Sequence record: MK473382.1
Source of the DNA: Clostridium phage JD032
DNA: 35,109 nucleotides
Direction: 5' to 3' (one strand)
Shown in pieces: positions 1 through 6,777 of this stretch. The position numbers and the translations under genes are program-made. Within the stretch, counting starts at the first letter, position 1; each line of letters starts with the position of its first letter. The notes below the pieces were generated by a model that ran no database searches, was not told where the DNA came from, and worked only from the letters and a program-made list of their open reading frames with translations.

Positions 1-53
1 ATTTGAAATCAGCCCCCCAGGGTCGTTTTTAGGGGGGGATATGCTATTTTTTT
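1..53. other. GC-rich island at left window edge (C6 ... T5 ... G7 inverted runs) beside the HNH gene; candidate half of a cos/packaging site
   Basis: Sequence cagCCCCCCagggtcgtttttaGGGGGGGat in a roughly 25% GC genome. Similar C-run/T-run/G-run architecture at the right window edge. Confidence 0.3.
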
Positions 54-347
54 CTAAATCGAAATCAATTCCCCATTTTCATTAAATTTTAATCCTGCTC
101 TAGTAATATCTTTCTTACTCTTATGTTTTTTACTATGACAGTCCTTACATAGCAATATTAAATTTTCCTCACCTAAAGCTATATCAGCATCATGTATATT
201 AGCAGGAGTCAAATATTTTATATGATGCACTTCTTCTCCTAGCTTCCCACACTCAGCACACAAGCCTAAATGCTTCTTAATAATTGATTGCCTGCACTCC
301 TTCCAAGCTTTGCTATTATAAAAACTTCGACTAAACTCTCTAGCCAT
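54..347 (-). CDS. HNH endonuclease (terminase-associated phage type)
   Basis: 97 aa with CAECGK..EVHHIKY..LLCKDCH, i.e. a CxxC...HH...CxxC HNH/zinc motif. Last gene before the window edge, on the same strand as terminase at the opposite edge. Confidence 0.8.
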   Translation of the reverse strand: MAREFSRSFYNSKAWKECRQSIIKKHLGLCAECGKLGEEVHHIKYLTPANIHDADIALGEENLILLCKDCHSKKHKSKKDITRAGLKFNENGELISI

Positions 348-637
348 TATATAAGCACTCCCTCAATAGCTTCCTTAAGTATCTCTTTAAATTCTTCTAT
401 ATTCCAATCTATCACTAAAGCTTCTTTGTCTACTTCCTCACACTCTACCTCATCAAGCTTACTTAAAAACTTATCAATCAAAAGCTCCATAGTTGCCACA
501 TCCCTCTTATATTCTTCTTTTTCATCAAAAGAATATGGGAAGCTATTATAAGCTTTGTCTAAGTTGCGAGAAATTTTTAAATCTAATGCTGAAATAATCA
601 GTTTAATCTCTTTATCATCCAACTCTATTTCTTTCAT
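347..637 (-). CDS. hypothetical acidic protein
   Basis: 96 aa ORF whose stop overlaps the HNH start (ATGA). Confidence 0.45.
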   Translation of the reverse strand: MKEIELDDKEIKLIISALDLKISRNLDKAYNSFPYSFDEKEEYKRDVATMELLIDKFLSKLDEVECEEVDKEALVIDWNIEEFKEILKEAIEGVLI

Positions 638-833
638 AAAATACCTCTTTTCTTATACGAACATTATTAAAAACCATCTAAATATAATTCGTATTTCTTC
701 ATTTGAACGTCTTATTTTCTTAGAGAATCAGACATTCAATCTATTTTTTTCTTACTTCTTATATAGTGATTTTGATACCTTGAATATCACTACACCAAAT
801 TTTTAGACATTCGAGCAGACAAATAAAAAAATA

Positions 834-1394
834 TCATCTTACAAAGTCGTCTAATGACTCGCTGTAACGATGATACAATTCTTTATCTAAACCTAGATAT
901 GCTTTTGTTTCTTCTATCGAAGAGTGACCCAACAGGTCTTTAACTGCAACAATATCTTTTCCGCTATCAATATAAATTTTATAAGCATAAGTTTTTCTCA
1001 TACTATGCGCTGTTATATCATATAGCCCAAAATATTCTCCCGCTTCTTTCAATGCTTTGCTAACAGCTTCAACACCAATGTGAGGATACTTTCGCTTTCT
1101 TGATGTAAACATATATTCATAGTCCTGCTTATTTTTTATATATTTCTTTAATATTTGTGCAATTTTAGGTCTTACTTCAACCGTTCGAGGCTTCCTATTT
1201 TTCTCTCTAATATTTTTACTATTAGCTTTTTTACCTTCCATGATAGTAAACTCTTGTCTTCTTAAAGCTTCTCTTACGTCTCTAACTTTTAGTCCAACCA
1301 AATCTCCTGCCCTATATCCCGTTGTTATCCCTAACATAAAAATCACATAGTTTCTATAATTTTTATATCTTAGATAATCTTGAATATCTAACAC
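834..1394 (-). CDS. tyrosine recombinase, catalytic domain only (short or N-terminally truncated integrase-like protein)
   Basis: 186 aa starting at GTG. Has TGYRAGDL (Arg box I), HSMRKTYA (HxxR box II) and LGHSSIEETKAYL (H...Y nucleophile region). No N-terminal core-binding domain. In-frame upstream stop at about 1440. Confidence 0.6.
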   Translation of the reverse strand: MLDIQDYLRYKNYRNYVIFMLGITTGYRAGDLVGLKVRDVREALRRQEFTIMEGKKANSKNIREKNRKPRTVEVRPKIAQILKKYIKNKQDYEYMFTSRKRKYPHIGVEAVSKALKEAGEYFGLYDITAHSMRKTYAYKIYIDSGKDIVAVKDLLGHSSIEETKAYLGLDKELYHRYSESLDDFVR

Positions 1395-1580
1395 TTCTTG
1401 TGTACGCTTGATAGGCTTTGATGCTCTTTTTACTCCTAATCAAAATACCCCCTTTCAAAAGAGAATAAAAAAAGCTCATGAGTTTTCCCTCACAAGCTTT
1501 GAAGTAGAAACATATTTAATTTTCCACAATACAATTATAACCTGTAATAAAAGTTTTGTGTTGACCTTTTTTAGTCCTTT

Positions 1581-2048
1581 TTATTCCCTATCTTCTTTCG
1601 CTTCTTCTCCATATTTCATCAATGTAATTTTCCTCAAAGCATCCGTATATTTCCTTTGAACGACCGTTTTAGAAATCATTAATAATTCAGAAATTTCCCC
1701 GTAGGAATTTATTTTAGGGTCAAAATGTCTAAGACTTATAATCTCTTGCTCTTCTTCACTCAATCTCTTTGTGTAAATATTAATCATTTCTATTCTGCTA
1801 TCAATAATTTCAATTTCTGTCTCTTTTATATAAATTTTCTCCTGCGAATTTATAATCATATCATCTATGCCATAATTTCCGGAGCGCACCGGAAAACCAA
1901 GTTCATTAAAATTAATACTACTAAGCTTTTCATTCTTTTTAAGAAATTCTATTTCATCATTTAAAACTTCTTTTCTTACTTTAAGTTCTCTAACTTCATC
2001 TAAAAGTTTTATAGTTTTATCAATGTACTCTTTTTTCAATTCAACCAA
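1581..2048 (-). CDS. ArpU/RinA-like late-gene transcriptional regulator (sigma-70 region-4-like C-terminus), paralog 1
   Basis: 155 aa. N-terminal KKEYIDK..ELGF block shared with the neighbouring paralog. C-terminal EEQEIISLRHF...ISELLMISKTVVQRKYTDALRKI resembles a sigma region 4 HTH. TTG start. Confidence 0.5.
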   Translation of the reverse strand: MVELKKEYIDKTIKLLDEVRELKVRKEVLNDEIEFLKKNEKLSSINFNELGFPVRSGNYGIDDMIINSQEKIYIKETEIEIIDSRIEMINIYTKRLSEEEQEIISLRHFDPKINSYGEISELLMISKTVVQRKYTDALRKITLMKYGEEAKEDRE

Positions 2049-2150
2049 TCAACTCACCCTCTTCCTTTTTTTAGCAATAAAAAAGCCTATCTAACATACT
2101 TTCTTTAGAAACGAAGTATAAAAATAGTCTTTTTTCTGTAAAAATAATGT

Positions 2151-2612
2151 TTACTCCAAAGCTTCATCACCATATATCATTAAAGCTATTTTATTAATAG
2201 CAATAGCTTTTTTGTTATAAAGACTACTTCTATCATAATTTAATTCCCTTGCCATTTTTGTAATAGGCATTTTCCCATCCCAGCTATAAAAGTATACTAG
2301 TTCTATAATTTCTTGTTCTATCTCTGATAGCTCTTTTAAATAAATATTATAAAACTCTAGCTTTCGCTCTATAATTTCAATTTCAGTTTCTTTGTTGTAG
2401 ATAACATCCTCTATTGTTACAACCATGTCATCTATACTTTTTACACTTTTTTGTACTTTAAACCCCAATTCTTCATAATTAATTTCTCTATAGTTTTCTT
2501 TGTGTTTAAGAATTGCTATTTCTTTTTTTAATACTCTTAACTTTCTATATTCATCTCCTAACATTTTTAATATATTTTCAACTTTGTCAATATACTCTTT
2601 TTTTATTTTCAT
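2151..2612 (-). CDS. ArpU/RinA-like late-gene transcriptional regulator, paralog 2
   Basis: 153 aa with EIEQEIIELVYF...ITKMARELNYDRSSLYNKKAIAINKIA as the HTH. Roughly 35% identical to paralog 1 by eye. Confidence 0.55.
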   Translation of the reverse strand: MKIKKEYIDKVENILKMLGDEYRKLRVLKKEIAILKHKENYREINYEELGFKVQKSVKSIDDMVVTIEDVIYNKETEIEIIERKLEFYNIYLKELSEIEQEIIELVYFYSWDGKMPITKMARELNYDRSSLYNKKAIAINKIALMIYGDEALE

Positions 2613-2859
2613 TTTTGTACCTCTTACACTTTTTGTTATAAATACCTAACTAATCCTTAAATTAAGGTTTGGGGACTAGTTAGATACTTTTTAGCATTTC
2701 CAACCCTTATGTATTATTCAAAATGTTCTGGATTTTTATTTTGTTTTTTTGTTATAAGACTTCATTTTTTTAAGTTCAAATAAAATCTATTAATATAAAT
2801 TATTTCTATCTTATCTATTTAATAATTAAAGTAAATACCACTTATTCATACCTTTAACT

Positions 2860-3120
2860 TTAATCTATTTTTTCTAGCTTCCATTTCCTTCTTCTAAGTT
2901 TTTTGTTATGCTCTTTCAACCCTTCGCTTATGTTATGTATACCAATTATTTTAAATAAAGTGAGAATTGCTTGAAAAACATCTAAACCTTCTTCTAATAT
3001 TTTCTTATTATCATCTAACGCAATAGCTTCTTTAAGTTCTAAAATTTCTTCCAATATCTTTTCAAATTGTTTTTGAACTGTCCAGCTCTCCGGCACATTA
3101 GCAATCATTTTAAAATTCAT
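2860..3120 (-). CDS. small MazG-like nucleotide pyrophosphohydrolase-domain protein
   Basis: 86 aa, EEILELKEAIALDD...EEGLDVFQAILTLFKIIGI. The spacing of acidic residues resembles an all-alpha MazG/HisE fold. Call by eye only. Confidence 0.4.
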   Translation of the reverse strand: MNFKMIANVPESWTVQKQFEKILEEILELKEAIALDDNKKILEEGLDVFQAILTLFKIIGIHNISEGLKEHNKKLRRRKWKLEKID

Positions 3121-3122
3121 TT

Positions 3123-3428
3123 TTAAACCTCTCTTTCTCTACGCTCTGCTAAAATTTTTTTATGTATTTCTTTTATTTCTTCAAATCCCTCAACTAACAT
3201 TTCTTTTATAACTCCTTTCATGTATCCATTATGTTTAAAATCAACATATTTTTTATCGCCATTTCTTTTAACAAGCAAAATCTCAACCTCTTCTGTATCG
3301 TTTTCAATTTCATTTAAAACATTTTCTAAATCTTTTATGCTTTCTTTTATTACAATTTTTCTTATATCGTTTAGACTTAAGAAGCAACTCCCAAAATTAT
3401 CTTGCATTTTCAATTTTCTCCTTTTCAT
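3123..3428 (-). CDS. hypothetical protein
   Basis: 101 aa ORF in the early operon. Confidence 0.4.
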   Translation of the reverse strand: MKRRKLKMQDNFGSCFLSLNDIRKIVIKESIKDLENVLNEIENDTEEVEILLVKRNGDKKYVDFKHNGYMKGVIKEMLVEGFEEIKEIHKKILAERREREV

Positions 3429-3552
3429 TTTCTATTCTTTCTCTTTTGCTCTTGCATTTCTTAGAACAATATGCAATTTTACCATCATTATCAGAAAGAA
3501 ATGTTTTTCCACACCAACCACAAATTTTTAATACTTTTCCTTTTCTAGTCAT
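3397..3552 (-). CDS. small zinc-ribbon protein (51 aa), not in the supplied ORF track
   Basis: MTRKGKVLKICGWCGKTFLSDNDGKIAYCSKKCKSKRERIENEKEKIENAR with CxxC...CxxxC. RBS AGGATGTGG 4 nt upstream, inside the SSB 3' end. Overlaps the next gene by about 30 nt in another frame. Confidence 0.4.
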   Translation of the reverse strand: MTRKGKVLKICGWCGKTFLSDNDGKIAYCSKKCKSKRERIENEKEKIENAR

Positions 3553-3564
3553 TTTTCCACATCC

Positions 3565-3945
3565 TTAAAATGGTATATCTGGGTCGTCATATATAGCCTT
3601 ATAACTCGGTTCTTTGTTACTTGTTTGTTTTTTACTATCTAAAAAATTCATTTTATTTATATGAACTTTCGTATAAGTTTTTTTCTCTCCGTCTTTCTCA
3701 TTTGTTTCAACTCTAATTGAACCTTGCACAGCTATTAATCTTCCCTTTTCTAAGTTATTAGCACATACTTCTGCTAATTTTCCAAAAGCTTGAACAGGAA
3801 TAAAATCCGTTTCTTTTTCACCATTTTTGTTTTTATATTCTCTATCAACTGCAATCGAAAAAGTTGCTACTGGTGTGACTGTAACTGGTATATATTTGAG
3901 TTCTGGGTCTTTTGTTAACCTTCCAATTAAAATAACATTATTCAT
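3565..3945 (-). CDS. ssb: single-stranded DNA-binding protein
   Basis: OB-fold N-terminus MNNVILIGRLTKDPELKY and an acidic C-terminal tail DDPDIPF. Start moved to the internal ATG at 3945 because GGGGAGG sits 8 nt upstream. The track ORF 3565..3972 is over-extended. Confidence 0.85.
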   Translation of the reverse strand: MNNVILIGRLTKDPELKYIPVTVTPVATFSIAVDREYKNKNGEKETDFIPVQAFGKLAEVCANNLEKGRLIAVQGSIRVETNEKDGEKKTYTKVHINKMNFLDSKKQTSNKEPSYKAIYDDPDIPF

Positions 3946-4002
3946 TTCCAATACCTCCCCTCTATCTAGCAAAAATTTAAGTCCTTTTCAAGTTATATTT
4001 CT

Positions 4003-4227
4003 TCAATTCCAAAACGGCGCTTCTTCTCCATTTCTTTCAGCTGTTAAAACTTCAACTATCTTATAATTTTTAAGCTCTTCTTTTCTTTCAAGTTGTCTAA
4101 TCCACTCATAAAACTTGCATCTATATTCAAGTGTATAAACATAATCAGGCAAATCATTATACTTATCTAATAAATTATCAAATTTTTCTAATGCTTGTGT
4201 AACACTAATTTTATTCATTTCTAACAC
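4003..4227 (-). CDS. hypothetical protein
   Basis: 74 aa ORF, tightly packed in the early operon. Confidence 0.35.
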   Translation of the reverse strand: MLEMNKISVTQALEKFDNLLDKYNDLPDYVYTLEYRCKFYEWIRQLERKEELKNYKIVEVLTAERNGEEAPFWN

Positions 4228-4486
4228 TTCCTTCTTTTATTCTAAGCAACTCTTTTTCCGTTTCAGCAGCTTCTTCACACATTGATTTGAAACTTATTTC
4301 AAAACCACTCTTCAAAAAGTCGTATAATAATTTATTAGAAAAGGTAATAGGTACTTTAGTTCCGTCGTTTTTAATAATCGTAACTTTTACTTTTTTGCAA
4401 TTTTTTATTTCATTCGAGTAACTACTTAGTTCTCTTATATCTTTTTGTGTTATTCTTATTGCTTCATCTAACTGTGTTTTATTCAT
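4211..4486 (-). CDS. hypothetical protein
   Basis: 91 aa ORF. Confidence 0.35.
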   Translation of the reverse strand: MNKTQLDEAIRITQKDIRELSSYSNEIKNCKKVKVTIIKNDGTKVPITFSNKLLYDFLKSGFEISFKSMCEEAAETEKELLRIKEGSVRNE

Positions 4487-4497
4487 AAATACCCTCC

Positions 4498-4830
4498 CTA
4501 TTTATTTCTACAAGGAAATTCCTTTATTTTTTCTTCTCTATCAATTCTAAGTAATATTTCAGTTGCTTTTTTATTCTTTATCCGAAGACTTTTAGTTTTG
4601 TTAAAAATGCTGATAGCTTTTCTAAAATCTTTATCAAACAATTTCTCGATTATTGAATTATAAAATTCATTTTCTGTTATAGTCATTCCTAGATTCATAT
4701 ACAAACTTGCTTTAGATAAATGTTGTTCAGATAGTTCTTCAAGGTTTCTTTTTAATTCTTCTTCTTTTATCTCTAAGTCTTTTCTAAGCTTTAACAATTC
4801 TTCAGTTCTTACAAGCTTATAACCCAACAT
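4498..4830 (-). CDS. hypothetical coiled-coil protein
   Basis: 110 aa ORF rich in E/K/L. Confidence 0.4.
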   Translation of the reverse strand: MLGYKLVRTEELLKLRKDLEIKEEELKRNLEELSEQHLSKASLYMNLGMTITENEFYNSIIEKLFDKDFRKAISIFNKTKSLRIKNKKATEILLRIDREEKIKEFPCRNK

Positions 4831-4831
4831 A

Positions 4832-4993
4832 TCAAAACACCCCTTCGCACTTTTCTTTTTCTTCTAACTCTCTACAAGCCATATTAAACAATTCTCCTTT
4901 AGCCTTGTTTTGATATTTCTTTTTCAATTCTAGTTGTCTATTTCTAATAAAATCAGCCTTTTCCAATATACTCATTTCTGAAATCTTCTTCAT
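4832..4993 (-). CDS. small hypothetical protein (53 aa), not in the ORF track
   Basis: MKKISEMSILEKADFIRNRQLELKKKYQNKAKGELFNMACRELEEKEKCEGVF. AAGGAG sits 8 nt upstream. Its stop directly abuts the start of the next gene. Confidence 0.3.
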   Translation of the reverse strand: MKKISEMSILEKADFIRNRQLELKKKYQNKAKGELFNMACRELEEKEKCEGVF

Positions 4994-5090
4994 TTGTTTT
5001 ACTCCTTGTTACATATGTTAAGATACTTATTTTAACTAATTTAATGCTATTAAAAACACACTTGACGACTAACATTGTTACTTTTTGTTT

Positions 5091-5525
5091 CTAACCTTCG
5101 AAATCAAATAGCGACTCATATACTCTAGTTATAAACATCAAGCAGTCTGGGCATATAGCAACAGTTTCCAACTGTTCAAAAACACTTCGATTCTCATCAT
5201 ATTTTGCTAAGATAGGAAACGAGGTTAACATTTCAGAATTAGCAACTATTTTATTACATCTTTCACAAATAGCAATATCCGCAAATATTTGCTTTCGTTC
5301 TTCATCTCCGTTAATCCATTCTTTCAATTCAAAGAAATCTCTATATCTTTTTTTATTCTCTTGTTTATGCTTATTTAATATATCTAATGCTTTCTTTGCA
5401 TTTTCTTCTGTGAAAGAGTCTAAACTTTCAACTTCTCCAAACGCAACTACGTTTTCACTCTTCGCTTCTACAACTCCAAAAAGCTCAATTAACTCTTTTA
5501 ATTCTTCTATATTTTCAATATACAT
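5091..5525 (-). CDS. hypothetical protein with two CxxC pairs (zinc-finger-like)
   Basis: 144 aa containing ICERCNK and ICPDCLMF. Confidence 0.45.
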   Translation of the reverse strand: MYIENIEELKELIELFGVVEAKSENVVAFGEVESLDSFTEENAKKALDILNKHKQENKKRYRDFFELKEWINGDEERKQIFADIAICERCNKIVANSEMLTSFPILAKYDENRSVFEQLETVAICPDCLMFITRVYESLFDFEG

Positions 5526-5589
5526 AAGCTCACCTTTTCCTTTAGTTTTTTTAAATTAGATTTTTTAGTGTAGCCGTCAAGTACACTTT

Positions 5590-5727
5590 TTATTTAATTT
5601 CTCTTTCTTCAATCTCTTGCGCTTCATATAGCGTGTCAAGTTTCAAAATTGCAATTTTAAGTTTATTCTCATTAAGCACACTAACTTTTTCTAAAATACT
5701 TTTTCTTAAATTATTAATATCTTGCAT
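5590..5727 (-). CDS. small first gene of the early operon (Cro position), 45 aa
   Basis: Internal ATG at 5727 is preceded by GAGAGGTGG. The annotated 5590..5880 ORF runs through the operator/promoter region and is therefore over-extended. No obvious HTH, so the functional call is positional only. Confidence 0.4.
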   Translation of the reverse strand: MQDINNLRKSILEKVSVLNENKLKIAILKLDTLYEAQEIEEREIK

Positions 5728-5739
5728 CTTGCCCACCTC

Positions 5740-5872
5740 TCTTATGTTGACCTGTAATACAAGTATATAATATTTTTGCTTACAAGTCAACCATAATGTA
5801 AGTTTTTTCCATCTTATCTCTTGTTGACTTGTAAGCATATTTAGTTTATAATTATTACTATGGAGGTATAAA
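5740..5872. promoter_or_regulatory. lysogeny-switch region with divergent promoters and three operator half-site repeats TTGAC(C/T)TGTAA
   Basis: Plus-strand promoter TTGACT (5824-5829), 17 nt, TATAAT (5847-5852), then GGAGGT RBS and ATG at 5873. Minus-strand TTGACT (about 5790-5785), 17 nt, TATACT. Operator copies at about 5747-5758 (+), 5781-5792 (inverted) and 5824-5835 (+), each overlapping a -35 element. Confidence 0.6.
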
Positions 5873-6262
5873 ATGGACATGAATAATATAAGCCCTCAAA
5901 GCAAACGCATAAGGGAATTAAGAATTGAGTTGCAATTAAGTCAAGAAGATTTTGCTGAAAGATTAAAACTGAAAAGAAATACAATATCACTTATCGAGAA
6001 TGGTAAAAGAAATGCAAGCAATAGAACACTGAAAGACATTTGTGACGCTTGGAGTGTTTCATATGATTGGCTAGTGAATGGAATAGGGAATATGTTTTGC
6101 GCAAAAGATACAGATAAAGAATTTGCTCAATTAATTGGGAAGTTAAGTAAGACAGAAAATGAATTAGAAAGAGAATTAATATTAAAGATGTTTAAACTAA
6201 ATAAAAAATATTTAGCCTTATTTAATAATATGCTTGATTCTTTACTAGAAATAGAAGAATAG
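5873..6262 (+). CDS. XRE-family HTH transcriptional repressor (CI-like)
   Basis: 129 aa. IRELRIELQLSQEDFAERLKLKRNTISLIENGKRNAS is a classic HTH_3 motif. Transcribed divergently from the early operon. Confidence 0.85.
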   Translation: MDMNNISPQSKRIRELRIELQLSQEDFAERLKLKRNTISLIENGKRNASNRTLKDICDAWSVSYDWLVNGIGNMFCAKDTDKEFAQLIGKLSKTENELERELILKMFKLNKKYLALFNNMLDSLLEIEE

Positions 6263-6289
6263 CAATCGCTATTCTTCTTTTTTTATTTC
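6254..6289 (+). terminator. rho-independent terminator of the repressor gene
   Basis: GAAGAATAGC-aatc-GCTATTCTTC, a perfect 10-bp stem overlapping the stop codon, followed by TTTTTTTATTT. Confidence 0.6.
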
Positions 6290-6620
6290 AACATTCCTAA
6301 TATGTACCACTTTATCATCAATAAAGTTCTTCTATCTTTATTTAAATCAAGTTTTTTAATAATTGTAACTATTTCTTCTATCAACTCATCTTCAATATCT
6401 TTTTCTTCTTCTAACAAATAAATCCACTCCCCCCTAAAAAGTAATAAATCAAATAGTTTAAATGCATTTTCTAAATAATATTATACCCCCTCTTGTTCGA
6501 TATTTCAAGAACATATGTACGGTTTTTTGCTGCAATTAAACATTTATACTACAATAATAGTACCTTTTAACAAAATTTGCCTCTAGAAAATAATTCCAAT
6601 TCAAAAAAATATTGAATTCT

Positions 6621-6672
6621 CTTACATAAAAAATCGTAGGGTCAAAATCCTAACCCTACGACCTTTTTGTTT
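6621..6672. terminator. bidirectional terminator between the convergent repressor and helicase units
   Basis: A-run, then stem (T)CGTAGGGT / ACCCTACG(A) with a 10-nt loop, then CCTTTTTGTTT. Confidence 0.55.
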
Positions 6673-6693
6673 AGATGTAAATTTCTAATTGCT

Positions 6694-6774
6694 CTATTAA
6701 TTCAAATTCTTTTTTCTTTGGTTCCAGTATTGGGATTTATATTTTTATAAAAAAGATATGTTCTAATGCTGGAC
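6694..6774. repeat. copy A of an approximately 85-bp palindromic element, 3 nt downstream of the helicase stop
   Basis: ctattaattcaaattcttttttctttGGTTCCAGTATTGGGAtttatatttttataaaaaagatatgTTCTAATGCTGGAC. About 85-88% identical to copy B, with inverted arms around an AT-rich core. Confidence 0.5.
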
Positions 6775-6777
6775 TTT

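Noticed and set aside
5590-5880. Full-length 96-aa ORF from the track
   Set aside because: Its 5' half runs through the divergent promoters and operators and overlaps the repressor start. The internal ATG at 5727 with GAGAGGTGG is the plausible start.
6296-6439. Possible 47-aa minus-strand ORF (TTG start after GGGGGGAG) downstream of the repressor terminator
   Set aside because: Very short, non-ATG start, no recognisable domain. It lies in an intergenic stretch that may simply be AT-rich spacer. Not supported enough to call.
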